This document shows positions 1 to 12,900 of a DNA stretch of 64,000 bases, piece after piece. The notes beneath the pieces are model-generated. The model made no database searches and was not told where the DNA came from. It worked only from the letters and a program-made list of their open reading frames with translations. This DNA comes from Anthoceros angustus (Eukaryota; Plantae; Anthocerotophyta): the NCBI GenBank assembly GCA_010909165.1, contig MU008159.1, forward strand, positions 1,054,001-1,118,000, in the 5' to 3' direction. The first letter of the stretch is position 1. Every line of letters starts with the position of its first letter. Both the position numbers and the translations under genes were made by a program.

Positions 1-3000
1 GGATTGTTAGAAGGCCCATATGTTTTGATTCATACATTCAAGCATTCGTTCTTCTTCATTTTGGGGCATTCATTTATTCAACCAATTAATTTCTTTTCAT
101 AATCTCTTTAGGGGACACTCGTGAAAATATCTCTTGAAGAAAGTCATATTTATTATGAATTTGTCGAGCAAGAAGTGGGGTCTACGATAGAATTGGACTC
201 AATTTGGTGTTTGTGAAAATAAAGGATGAGAAAAACTAGCATTTTCTTTCCTGCTCTAGAAAAGTTCGCAGATTCATGAAATCTCAAGATGAACCAACCT
301 TTTCCACCTATAGCACTTGACTAAATAACATATTTGGTGTAAGGTGTGGGAAATGTTGCACAAAAGCACCTCTTGCAAACAAGGGGGTCGATAAATGTTC
401 AAAGAATGTGGTTGAGGTACCTTTTAAGCATATAAAACCTTTTTTTTGGCGACTTAGGCAATTTATAATAATCAGGAAAAAAAAAGGGTACAAAGAGAGA
501 GGGGATTTGGTCCCTCTGAAAAACTGTCTAACTTAGTCTACCGTACTAAGTTTCGAGAGGCGAGTGTGAAGACACATGGTGTCATCACCGAAACCGAAAC
601 CAACTTGAGGAAAATCTACCTTTACGCCTCGCTAGCTGCGTTAGTTCATCAAAGAGGAAGCAAGCGGGATACAACTGCGCCACCGGTTGGACATGATCCG
701 CCGCATACGAAACACGACTGGCTAGTTATGGGCGTGACCGCTAGTCTTGCATGCGAGGAACCAGAGAACATAGTTGGAAAGCATGGTGGTGGTTGCACAA
801 GGCAACCAAGAAGCTGCGTGCATGCGTCATTTGTGTTCACAACCAACGCCGCCAAAATCGCATATCCTTGCTCCAAAATGCTCCACGACGCCTCCCGAAT
901 GGAATAGTTGCGATCCGATGGATAGGAAGACTTGCAGCTAGCGAGAGGAGGGTTCTAGGATGAGAAAGGAGAGAGGAAAGAAAAGGTATAGTTGGGGTGA
1001 ACAATCTGACAATCGGAATTGGAAACGTTGCATATATTTTGCTCACACCTCTGGGGGTGGAGGCCGAGGCCGTACCCTATGTAATTAGTGTATGTTAGCT
1101 GGTTCTTGGACCACTATGGGAGGGGAGGGCGCATGACTTTTGTTCAGAAAGTAGAGATGCGAGTTGATGTGAAGATCTTGACGCGATTTGGTGTGTGTGT
1201 AGAACAAGCAGCAGCAGAGCCTGCTTCCTAAAGGGCAAAGGCTCTTCCATATATGTGCAAAGACCTCATGTCAAGCTGGGAAGAGCTGCCATGATCATTA
1301 AGTAGCAAGCAATAGAAACATAGTGTAATATTTATTATTCCTTGAGAAAATATCCTCTTTATAATGTTTACCATTTTGTTGTTGGAATCTCTATTGAGAA
1401 TCCAATCTAATTTTGTTTTCTTGGTAGGATTGGTTGTTTCTTCCAACATCTTGCTTCGCACTATATAATTTTATATCTTTTGTACCCTTTTTTTATCTTG
1501 AGCACTTTATTGTTATCTTTAAATGTTGGTCACAGTGTAGAATGGAAAACTAAATGTTGGTATAGGTCCAATGGGGTATTTTTTCAGCTTCAATTCTTGG
1601 CGTTCTTTGTGCATCTTGAGTCTTGTCACAGGCAAAGATGGGAAGTTTACAAATCCTAGAGTTGGACGGACCTATTTAAGACACCAATGCGGCAGAGAAC
1701 TTGTTAAAGCCCAAGATTTAAATTCACGGCAAGGGTACACGAAAGTGCTAGGTTCGCAGGCTATCAATATATACCCTGAACGTGCAACGTTTAGTACCTG
1801 CGATTTTTTTGGATAGGTTAATTGTCTTGGTTATCACAAGAAGTATGGTAATGTGGGTATTGCTCCAAGAGTTGATTGTGCCTTGTGTATTGCATACATA
1901 CGTATCAAACTTCATACACAATATTGTGGGAAGTTTTTAGCAAGCGTCGGGTTGTTGATCACCCCTAAAACTACAATCGCGATAAGAAAATATGCTAGTT
2001 GATCACCCCTAAAACTACAATCATACGATAAGAAAATATGCTTCTCTGAGTGTCTTATGTCTTATCGTTATTTTCCCATGAGCGATAATACAGATAATGT
2101 GCCTCCACCATGGCGAAGTGGATATATATCCTTGATGAGTGTAACAAAAATTAAAGTATTTTATAACAAAAGAATTAAATTCTTTTCTAAAAAGGAAGAT
2201 AAATCCTATTTAGTGTGGCATTTGAAACTACGTAACAATCGACAAAGTTTTGTATTTATAATTCAAGCAAATTAGGGTTGTAGCAAATTAGCATTCTAGC
2301 TCATGTTATTAATGCATAATGGATTGCAATTGCATGATCGTCAACTTCCTATCAAAGGCGGTTCCAAAGGTGACTCTAAGATACACCGCCTCCATGATTC
2401 TTAAGTCGCTTTTAATGAGGTGGTTGAAGCTCCTTCAAAGTACACATCCGAAGGACTCTATTTCTTAGTATCCAATGTACACAATAAAACCAATATGTTT
2501 CCTTACATGACAATTACTACAATAGTTGAAAATGCTTTGAAAGAAGCCATTATAATTTCTAAAATATGAAATAAATACACATTTCAAGTTTTACAGGCGG
2601 AGGAGCATGAACAAACGCACCACACTGCTAGTAGGCATGGAAAGGTACTAAACACTTTTGAATTTTCTTTTCAAAGTATTTTACTTACATTGAACTTCCG
2701 TTATAAGAAACAAGCATATATGAAGACACTATGGTTTAGTGCATTATTAATTGATTACGATGGTCTACTAAAAATCGAACTAGACCAAATGCTACCTTCA
2801 TATTAGGTGTGCATAAGCACATTTTTAAAACAAGTTGCTCACCCACCAAGTCCCAAAACCTTCACGGTTGCCTTTTAAGATTTCAATGGACTAGAACTTA
2901 GTACCCTAAGGCCAATTCCTCCATAAGTTTCACGATGCGTTAATTTTGTTACGAAATCTTAAAATAATTAGGTCTACTACGAACGGAACACAAGGCACGG

Positions 3001-3962
3001 TGGGCGGGCTCACGCCAAGTGGGCTGATGGTTGGGCGGTCTTGGCCGGGTGGGGTGGTCATGACTCGCCACCTAGGGCATCGAGCGATAAACCAATCTTG
3101 AGACTAAATAGTGAATAGCTGTTGGGTAAGTTTACATACATATCATGTTAGTTGTAAAAATGCACCTATATTCAAATTTAGATATAAATAATTTGAAAAA
3201 TAATTTTTAAAAATGAAAATTATTTTTCTAGAAAATTCCGTCCCTCAAAAATTAACAAAAGCGTTTCGAAACCTTACAACCCGTATCCAACGTTGCATTT
3301 CCAACTAAGATGGAGTAGGATGCTTTTAATATTTTTAAAATCTAATGATTTCAAGTGATTACTAGTGAGCACTAAGAAGAGGTGCAAGGTGCAAGGCGGG
3401 CGAGCTGAGGAGGAGCGGTGGAAGGGGAGGAGGGCGTGAGCTTGGAGGGATGCGGGTTTTCTTTTTAGCATTCAAGTTTATTTCACTAGGGCAATTGCCT
3501 TATACCATTACAGACAACCCTACCGAGAACCCTAAGCATGCGCGAGAGCTCCTAGACTCAAGTCTAATCCCCTTCAACCCAAACAAATTTGACCTGTACC
3601 ATGGACACTAGTCAGGAACCGAGCCATCACCTCGTTGATGACAAAAATTTTGTGACGGGGGTGAGTTTGAATCCATTCATTCATTCATTCAAGATTCTTT
3701 TGGGGATTTCTCCATTCAAAACACAGTCTGGGATGCAATGGACCTAAAATGGAGAATTTCAATAGTGTTAATAAAATACCCTTCACCTAAAAAAGATTTA
3801 TTCAATTTTTAATGATTAAAAATATTTTCCAAGTAGCCTAATTGGGACCAGGCAATGCAAAAGGCCCCATGAGCATGAACACACAATGCCCAGTTGTGCA
3901 CGAGACTCTTTGAGATTTTTCCTTCAAGTAATTAAATTTAATATAAAATTGTGTTTTTGAAG
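1..3962 (+). repeat. Segmental duplication, copy 1 of a ~4-kb block repeated at ~9980-13983
   Basis: Collinear, near-identical sequence (e.g. 541-1260 vs 10501-11220; 2161-2960 vs 12121-12960), differing mostly by 1-3 nt indels. Confidence 0.9.
1571..2135 (+). pseudogene. Gnk2/DUF26-like secreted Cys-rich protein, type A pseudogene
   Basis: NPRVGRTYLRHQCG...DFFG*VNCLGYHKKYGNVGIAPRVDCALCIAYIRIKLHTQYCG...KYAS..CLMSYRYFP..PWP aligns with the intact 18306-18905 protein; in-frame TAG at 1814-1816 and an internal duplication near 1955-2040. Confidence 0.8.
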
Positions 3963-4039
3963 GTGATCTTAGGAGGCAAGTTTGTTCATCGGTGATGCTC
4001 TGGAGGCCTGGCTATGGTCCCAACTTGTATGGAGGCGGT

Positions 4040-4290
4040 GAGGCCAACTTGCTATGCCATTCACAACATATGCAAAGTTGAAGGAAAGTGACAATATTCT
4101 GATTGATTGCCTTAAGGCACTGTGGAAGCCTGGTGCCTTGCGGAAGGCGGTACTCTCAGTTAAGAGGCATGCTAGGTGACTTATTGGTGGGCATTGCACG
4201 GTGGACATGTATGTCAAATGTGGCAAAGGAAGTTGCACGAGGGGTTTTCGAGCTTGGCCTTAAAAGATGTAGTGACATTGAATGCACATG
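4040..4290 (+). pseudogene. PLS-class PPR gene fragment
   Basis: Frameshifted remnants (CGSL...GR...RGMLGDLLVG...VDMYVKCG...VAR.VF..L..KDV) resemble the PLS-PPR consensus LKACG.L...GR.VH....G...D..VGN.LVDMY.KCG. Confidence 0.65.
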
Positions 4291-4570
4291 CATAGATTCT
4301 TCGTTACAGAGGTGTCCCACTAGGAGTGTTATTCGGACCATACGCAAGGGCTAGTTTTCGCATGCACAACTGCCGTTTTGGGCCTTGGGCGAGGCCTACA
4401 CCGTGGAGCTTATTACTTTTATTAGAATCTTCTTCATAATTTCATTGTGTTTGTTGACCATAACACACTATTCTATGCATTTGTTTTGTCTTTCATTACC
4501 ACTATTTCCTTCTTAAAAGGAGCATTCATTCTGTCATATATCTTGCTTTCCTCCTCTTTCGTGTTCTTGT

Positions 4571-4890
4571 AGAAAATTAAATATTGTAGTAAATCCATGG
4601 CACTTTCTCCTTATGCTCTCGAATAGAAAATTAAATATTGTAGTAAATCCATGGCACTTTCTCCTTATGCTCTCGAATAGAAAATTAAATATTGTAGTAA
4701 ATCCATGGCACTTTCTCCTTATGCTCTCAATTTCATCGTTTCTTCACCTTGTTGTTGTTAGTACATTGTATGGGAAGTGATATTGCGGGGCAAGATGGGA
4801 AACAAATCCTTCAATAGGCTAGACCTATTTAGCACATGAATGCAGTGGAGGACTCGCTCAATTTGAAAAATTAGGTAAATGCAACGATAT
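4571..4890 (+). pseudogene. 5' fragment of type B Gnk2/DUF26-like gene, preceded by a 54-bp x3 tandem repeat
   Basis: RWETNPSIG*TYLAHECSGG; 54-bp unit aaaattaaatattgtagtaaatccatggcactttctccttatgctctcgaatag. Confidence 0.7.
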
Positions 4891-5150
4891 ACAATATATT
4901 TTCAGTTCATACAATAACATAGCCTAGTGGTAAGGGCCTAGGCCTCCCAATCTATTTTCGTTCATACAATAACATAGCCTAGTGGTAAAGGCCTAGGCCT
5001 CCCAATCTATTTTTAGTTCATACAATAACATAGCCTAGTGGTAAGGGCCTAGGCCTCCCAATCTATTTTCGGTTCATACAATAACATAGCCTAGTGGTGG
5101 GGCCTAGGCCTCCCAATCGGGAGGGCTCAGCCCCGCAATTTGTCGGCACT
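4886..5150 (+). repeat. ~59-bp x4 tandem array of a tRNA-like 5' half (Pol III A-box); possible SINE head
   Basis: Unit ttcatacaataacatagcctagtggtaagggcctaggcctcccaatctatttt; TAGCCTAGTGG fits the A-box TRGCNNAGYGG. Confidence 0.6.
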
Positions 5151-5559
5151 ACCGCTCGATATTGGTTCGGCACTTGCTTGCCAAACCCTTAATTTATTTT
5201 GGAAAACGCGTGTGGCGGCCGATTGCGAGTTAAATTAGGCGTTTTCACCAATTTTCCAAGGAATCTGAGTTTTAATTTTGGCATCAAAAGTATTAATTAA
5301 TTAACGCCGAACCGATATCAGCTTACGGTAGTCCGGAGGCAGAGAGGTATGCTCACAACTGTGGCGACTTAAACGCATTTGGGCCAAGGCAGGCCTTTGA
5401 TTTGAAGAGAGACCTAAAGTTGGTTGGCGACTCATGATGACTGCGCTCGGAATTGGGATGCGATGATTTGCTGGATTTGAAGGTGATCTTACGGGAGGCA
5501 AGTTTGTTCATCTTGTGATGCTCGAGGCCACGGCTATGGTCCCAACTTGTATGGAGCGG

Positions 5560-5815
5560 TGAGGCCAACTTGCTATGCCATTCACAACATATGCAAAGTT
5601 GAAGGAAAGTGACAATATTACATTGATTGCCTTACAAGGCCTGTGGAAGCCTGGTGCCTTGCGGAAGGCGGTACACTCTGAGATTGGGGGTAAGAGGCAT
5701 GCTAGGTGACTTATTGGTGGGCAATTGCACGGTGGACATGTATGTCAAATGTGGCAAATGGAAGTTGCACGAGGGGTTTTCGAGCTTGGCCTTAAAAGAT
5801 GTAGGGCATGCATAG
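5560..5815 (+). pseudogene. PLS-class PPR gene fragment, second copy
   Basis: ORF 5627-5815 KACGSL...RGMLGDLLVGNCTVDMYVKCG; duplicate of 4040-4290. Confidence 0.7.
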
Positions 5816-6240
5816 ATTCTTAGATTACAGCCAGAGAGGTGTCCCACTAGGAGTGTTAGAGACCATACGCAAGGGCTAGTTTTTCGCATGCCATAAAGCA
5901 CAACATCGGTTTTGGGCCTTGGAGTGGGGCAGCCTACACCGTGGAGCTTATTACTTTTTATTAGAATCTTCTTCATAATTTCATTGTGTTTGTTGACCAT
6001 AACACGCTATTCTATGCATTTGTTTTGTCTTTCGTACCACTATTTCCTTCTTAAAAGGAGCATTCATTCTGTCATATATCTTGCTTTCCTCCTCTTTCAG
6101 GTTCTTGTAGAAAATTAAATATTGTAGTAAATCCATGGCACTTTCTCCTTATGCTCTCGAATAGAAAATTAAAGATTGTAGTAAATCCATGGCACTTTCT
6201 CCTTATGCTCGAATAGAAAATTAAATATTGTAGTAAATCC

Positions 6241-6889
6241 ATGGCACTTTCTCCTTATGCTCTCAATTTCATCGTTTCTTCACCTTGTTGTTGTTAGTAC
6301 ATTGTATGGGAAGTGATATTGCGGGGCAAGATGGGAAACAAATCCTTCAATAGGCTAGACCTATTTAGCACATGAATGCAGTGGAGGACTCGCTCAATTT
6401 GAAAATTAGGTAAGCAGATATACAAAAATGCTAGGCATGCATTAATTTGTATCCCGAACCGCAATGGTAAGTACAACCAATTCTTTGGCGCCGATTGTTT
6501 GGTTATTATAAGAAGCAAGATGGAGTGACAATGATTGTTGATCAATTCTTTGGCGCGCCAATTGTTTGGGTTATTATAAGAAGCAAGATGGGTGACAATG
6601 ATTGTTGACAATTCTTTGGCGTGTTGTTTGGTTATTATAAGAAGCAAGATGGGTAATGATTGTTGCACAAGTTGATGCTTTATGTTTTGGCATATATACG
6701 CATTAAACTTCATTCACAATCTGCGGAATATCTTAGCGGCGAAATAGTCGATCGTCGTCTGATAAGTACAATAATATGATAGGAAAATATGCTTCTACCG
6801 AGTGTCGTTTAACTTATCAATATTTTCCCTTCAAAGACAATAGTGACACCTTCGCCTCAACCATGGCGGAAAATGGTATATATCCATGA
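6241..6889 (+). pseudogene. Type B Gnk2/DUF26-like pseudogene
   Basis: Signal-like N-terminus, IG*TYLAHEC, triplicated FFGRADCLGY segment, IGKYASTECRLTYQYFP, PW..NGIYP. Confidence 0.75.
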
Positions 6890-7331
6890 GTATAAACAAT
6901 GAACATATTTTTCTTTGAGAAACCGAAGACAAAAGTTATGGATCTAGAATTACTAATATGGTATTTAGCAATCCATATTGATTTATGTGATGTTTCCTAA
7001 CAAAGTAGCATTGTCGTTCAAGTTCTTGAGGTAAGATTTTGTGGTCCTAGGAGTCGGGCAGCTAGTAGCTTGAAATGCACAAGGCTGCTCCGCTTAATAC
7101 CTAGTTGTCGATAGACAAACCATCGCCTTCAACAACACCGCAAAAGGAGCATTCATTCTGTCATATATCTTGCTTTCCTCCTCTTTCGTGTTCTTGTAGA
7201 AAATTAAATATTGTAGTAAATCCATGGCACTTTCTCCTTATGCTCTCGAATAGAAAATTAAATATTGTAGTAAATCCATGGCACTTTCTCCTTATGCTCT
7301 CGAATAGAAAATTAAATATTGTAGTAAATCC

Positions 7332-8009
7332 ATGGCACTTTCTCCTTATGCTCTCAATTTCATCGTTTCTTCACCTTGTTGTTGTTAGTACATTGTATGG
7401 GAAGTGATATTGCAGGGGCAAGATGGGAAACAAATCCTTCAATAGGCTAGACCTATTTAGCACATGAATGCAGTGGAGGACTCGCTCAATTTGAAAAATT
7501 AGGTAAACTGCAACGATATACAAAAATGCTAGGCATGCAGGCAATTAATTTGTATCCTGAACCCGCAATGGTAAGTACAACCGAATTCTTTGGCCGCGCC
7601 GATTGTTTGGGTTATTATAAGAAGCAAGATGGAGTGACAATGATTGTTGACCGAATTCTTTGGCCGCGCCAATTGTTTGGGTTATTATAAGAAGCAAGAT
7701 GGAGTGACAATGATTGTTGACCGAATTCTTTGGCCGCGCCGATTGTTTGGGTTATTATAAGAAGCAAGATGGAGTGACAATGATTGTTGCACAAGTTGTG
7801 CTTTATGTTTGGCATATATACGCATTAAACTTCATTCACATCTGAGAATATCTTAGCGGTGAAAATAGTCGATCGTCGTCTGATAAGTACAATAATATGA
7901 TAGGAAAATATGCTTCTACCGAGTGTCGTTTAACTTATCAATATTTTCCCTTCAAAGACAACGATGACATACGCCCTCAACCATGGCGGAAAATGGTATA
8001 TATCCATGA
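7332..8009 (+). pseudogene. Type B Gnk2/DUF26-like pseudogene
   Basis: Same motifs; TAG at 7448-7450; 70-bp unit x3 starting at 7583, 7653 and 7723. Confidence 0.8.
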
Positions 8010-8508
8010 GTATAAACAATGAACATATTTTTCTTTGAGAAACCAAGACAAAAGTTATGGATCTAGAATTACTAATATGGTATTTAGCAATCCATATTGA
8101 TTTATGTGATGTTTCCTAACAAAGTAGCATTGTCGTTCAAGTTCTTGAGGTAAGATTTTGTGGTCCTAGGAGTCGGGCAGCTAGTAGCTTGAAATGCACA
8201 AGGCCGTTAGCACCTAGTTGTTGTCGATAGACAAACCATCGCCTTCAACAACACCAGCAAAAAGAGCTCGTCTTCTCTTTTGTTGGATTGTTAGAAGGCC
8301 CATATGTTTTGATTCATACATTCAAGCATTCATTCTGTCATATATCTTGCTTTCCTCCTCTTTCGTGTTCTTGTAGAAAATTAAATATTGTAGTAAATCC
8401 ATGGCACTTTCTCCTTATGCTCTCGAATAGAAAATTAAATATTGTAGTAAATCCATGGCACTTTCTCCTTATGCTCTCGAATAGAAAATTAAATATTGTA
8501 GTAAATCC

Positions 8509-9169
8509 ATGGCACTTTCTCCTTATGCTCTCAATTTCATCGTTTCTTCACCTTGTTGTTGTTAGTACATTGTATGGGAAGTGATATTGCGGGGCAAGAT
8601 GGGAAACAAATCCTTCAATAGGCTAGACCTATTTAGCACATGAATGCAGTGGAGGACTCGCTCAATTTGAAAAATTAGGTAAATGCAACGATATACAAAA
8701 ATGCTAGGCATCAGCAATTAATTTGTATCCCGAACCGCGATGGTAAGTACAACGAATTCTTTGGCCGCGCCGATTGTTTGAGTTATTATAAGAAGCAAGA
8801 TGGAGTGACAATGATTGTTGATCAATTCTTTGGCCGCGCCAATTGTTTGAGTTATTATAAGAAGCAAGATGGAGTGACAATGATTGTTGACAATTCTTTG
8901 GCCGCCGATTGTTTGGTTATTATAAGAAGCAAGATGGAAATGATTGTTGCACAAGTTGTGCTTTATGTTTGGCATATATACGCATTAAACTTCATTCACA
9001 TCTGAGAATATCTTAGCGGTGAAAATAGTCGATCGTCGTCTGATAAGTACAATAATATGATAGGAAAATATGCTTCTACCGAGTGTCGTTTAACTTATCA
9101 ATATTTTCCCTTCAAAGACAACGATGACATACGCCCTCAACCATGGCGGAAAATGGTATATATCCATGA
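8509..9169 (+). pseudogene. Type B Gnk2/DUF26-like pseudogene
   Basis: Next copy of the ~1.15-kb tandem unit, with the same lesions. Confidence 0.75.
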
Positions 9170-9539
9170 GTATAAACAATGAACATATTTTTCTTTGAGA
9201 AACCAAGACAAAAGTTATGGATCTAGAATTACTAATATGGTATTTAGCAATCCATATTGATTTATGTGATGTTTCCTAACAAAGTAGCATTGTCGTTCAA
9301 GTTCTTGAGGTAAGATTTTGTGGTCCTAGGAGTCGGGCAGCTAGTAGCTTGAAATGCACAAGGCCGTTAGCACCTAGTTGTTGTCGATAGACAAACCATC
9401 GCCTTCAACAACACCAGCAAAAAGAGCTCGTCTTCTCTTTTGTTGGATTGTTAGAAGGCCCATATGTTTTGATACATTCAAGCATTCGTTCTTCTTCATT
9501 TTGGGGCATTCATTTATTCAACCAATTAATTTCTTTCAC

Positions 9540-9712
9540 AATCTGCGGGAATATCTTAGCGGCGAAATAGTCGATCGTCGTCTGATAAGTACAATAATAT
9601 GATAGGAAAATATGCTTCTACCGAGTGTCGTTTAACTTATCAATATTTTCCCTTCAAAGACAACGATGACATACGCCCTCAACCATGGCCGGAAAATGGT
9701 ATATATCCATGA
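9540..9712 (+). pseudogene. 3' fragment of type B Gnk2/DUF26-like gene
   Basis: IGKYASTECRLTYQYFPFKDNDD..PQPWPENGIYP*. Confidence 0.7.
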
Positions 9713-9979
9713 GTATAAACAATGAACATATTTTTCTTTGAAACCGAAGACAAAAGTTATGGATCTAGAATTACTAATATGGTATTTAGCAATCCATATT
9801 GATTTATGTGATGTTTCCTAACAAAGTAGCATTGTCGTTCAAGATTCTTGAGGTAAGATTTTGTGGTCCTAGGAGTCGGGCAGCTAGTAGCTTGAAATGC
9901 ACAAGGCCGTTCCAGCACCTAGTTGTCGATAGACAAACCATATCAACAACAGCAAAAAGAGCTCGTCTTCTCTTTTGTT

Positions 9980-12900
9980 GGATTGTTAGCCCATATGTTG
10001 ATTCATACATTCAAGCATTCGTTCTTCTTCATTTTGGGGCATTCATTTATTCAACCAATTAATTTCTTTTCATAATCTCTTTAGGGGACACTGTGAAAAT
10101 ATCTCTTGAAGAAAGTCATATTTATTATAAATTTTTGAAGCAAAGAAGTGGGGTCTGTATAGAATTGGACTCAATTTGGTGTTTGTGAAAATAAAGGATG
10201 AGAAAAACTAGCATTTTCTTTCCTGCTCTAGAAAAGTTCATGATTCATGAAATCTCAAGATGAACCAACCTTTTCCACCTATAGCACTTGACTAAATAAC
10301 ATATTTGGTGTAAGGTGTGGAAATGTTGCACAAAAGCACCTCTTGCAAACAAGGGGTCGATAAATGTTCAAAGAATGTGGTTGAGGTACCTTTTAAGCAT
10401 ATAAAACCTTTTTTTGGCGACTTAGGCAATTTATAATAATCGGGAAAAAAAGGGTACAAAGAGAGAGATTTGGTCCCTCTGAAAAAGCTCTAACTTAGTC
10501 TACCGTACTAAGTTTGAGGCGAGTGTGAAGACACATGGTGTCATCAAAACCAAACCAACTTGAGGAAAATCTACCTTTACGCCTCGCTAGCTGCGTTAGT
10601 TCATCAAAGAGGAAGCAAGCGGGATACAACTGCCACCGGTTGGACATGATCCGCCGCATACGAAACACACTTGACTGGCTAGTTATGGGCGTGACCGCTA
10701 GTCTTGCATGCGAGGAACGAGAGAACATAGTTGGAAAGCATGGTGGTGGTTGCACAAGGCAACCAAGAAGCTGCGTGCATCGTCATTTGTGTTCACAACC
10801 AACGCCGCCAAAATCAGCATATCCTTAAAATGCTCCAAAATGCTCCACGTATCGCCTCCCGAATGGAATAGTTGCGATCCGATGGATAGGAAGACTTGCA
10901 GCTAGCGAGAGGAGGGTTCTAGGATGAGAAAGGAGAGAGGAAAGAAAAGGTATAGTTGGGGTGAACAATCGACAATCGAATTGGAAGCGTTGCATATATT
11001 TTGCTCACACCTCTTGGGGTGGAGGCCGTACCCTATGTAATTAGTGTATGTTAGCTGGTTCTTGGACCACTATGGGAGGGGAGGGCGCATGACTTTTGTT
11101 CAGAAAGTAGAGATGCGAGTTGATGTGAAGATCTTGACGCGATTTGGTGTGTGTGTAGAACAAGCAGCAGCAGAGCCTGCTTCCTAAAGGGCAAAGGCTC
11201 TTCCATATATGTGCAAAGACCTCATGTCAACTGGGAAGAGCCGCTTGTGATCATTAAGTAGCAAGCAATAGAAACATAGTGTAATATTTATTATTCCTTG
11301 GAGAAAATATCCTCTTTACAATGTTTACCATTTTGTTGTTGGAATCTCTATTGAGAATCCAATCTAATTTTGTTTTCTTGGTAGGATTGGTTGTTTCTTC
11401 CAACATCTTGCTTCGCACTATATAATTTTTATATCTTTTGTACCCTTTTTTTTATCTTGAGCACTTTATTGTTATCTTTAAATGTTGGTCCTGGTGTAGA
11501 ATGGAAAACTAAATGTTGGTATAGGTCCAATGGGGTATTTTTTTTCAGCTTCAATTCTTCGCGTTGCTGTGCATGCTGAGTCTTGTCACAGGGCAAAGAT
11601 GGGAAGTTTACAAATCCTAGAGTTGGACGGACCTATTTAAGACACCAATGCGGCAGAGAACTTGTTAAAGCCCAAGATTTAAATTCACGGCAAGGGTACA
11701 CGAAAGTGCTAGGTTCGCAGGCTATCAATATATAACGTGCAACGCGTTTAGTACCTGCGATTTTTGGATAGGTTAATTGTCTTGGTTATCACAAGAAGTA
11801 TGGTAATGTGGGTATTGCTCCAAGAGTTGATTGTGCCTTGTGTATTGCATACATACGTATCAAACTTCATACACAATATTGTGGGAAGTTTTTAGCAAGC
11901 GTCTGGGTTGTTGATCAGTCCCTAAAACTACAATCGCGATAAGAAAATATGCTAGTTGATCGGTCCCTAAAACTACAATCATACGATAAGAAAATATGCT
12001 TCTACAGAGTGTCTTATGTCTTATCGTTATTTTCCCATGAACGATAATACAGATAATGTGTGCCCTCCACCATGGCCAGAAGTGGATATATATCCTTGAT
12101 GAGTGTAACAAAAAATTAAAGTATTTTATAACAAAAGAATTAAATTCTTTTCTAAAAAAAGGAAGATAAATCCTATTTAGTGTGGCATTTGAAACTACGT
12201 AACAATCGACAAAGTTTTGTATTTATAATTCAAGCAAATTAGGGTTGTAGCAAATTAGCATTCTAGCTCATGTTATTAATGCATAATGGATTGCAATTGC
12301 AGATGTCAACTTCCTATCAAAGGCGGTTCCAAAGGTGACTCTAAGATACACCGCCTCCATGATTCTTAAGTCGCTTTTAATGAGGTGGTTCAGAAGCTCC
12401 CTTCAAAGTACACATCCGCGAAGGACTCTATTTCTTAGTATCCAATGTACACAATAAAACCAATATGTTTCCTTACATGACAATTACTACAATAGTTGAA
12501 AATGCTTTGAAAGAAGCCATTATAATTTCTAAAATATGAAATAAATACACATTTCAAGTTGCCCCACAGCTGGGAGCAGAGGGAGCATGAACAAACGCAC
12601 CACACCTGCTAGTAGGCATGGAAAGGTACTAAACACTTTTGAATTTTCTTTTCAAAGTATTTTACTTACATTGAACTTCCGTTATAAGAAACAAGCATAT
12701 ATGAAGACACTATGGTTTAGTGCATTATTAATTGATTACGATGGTCTACTAAAAATCGAACTAGACCAAATGCTACCTTCATATTAGGTGTGCATAAGCA
12801 CATTTTTAAAACAAGTTGCTCACCCACCAAGTCCCAAAACCTTCACGCGGTTGCCTTTTAAGATTTCAATGGACTAGAACTTAGTACCCTAAGGCCAATT

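Noticed and set aside
566-963. Overlapping 70-113 aa ORFs, and copies at 10495-10905
   Set aside because: Reading frames are not conserved between the two duplicate copies, and no family is recognisable
2905-3503. Possible MITE with taaggc(c)aatt termini, also at ~12890-13500
   Set aside because: The inverted match is only ~11 nt and imperfect, with no TSD
4571-9000. Regular 54-, 59- and 70-bp repeats as a CRISPR array
   Set aside because: Head-to-tail tandem copies with no unique spacers, no cas genes, and a eukaryotic context
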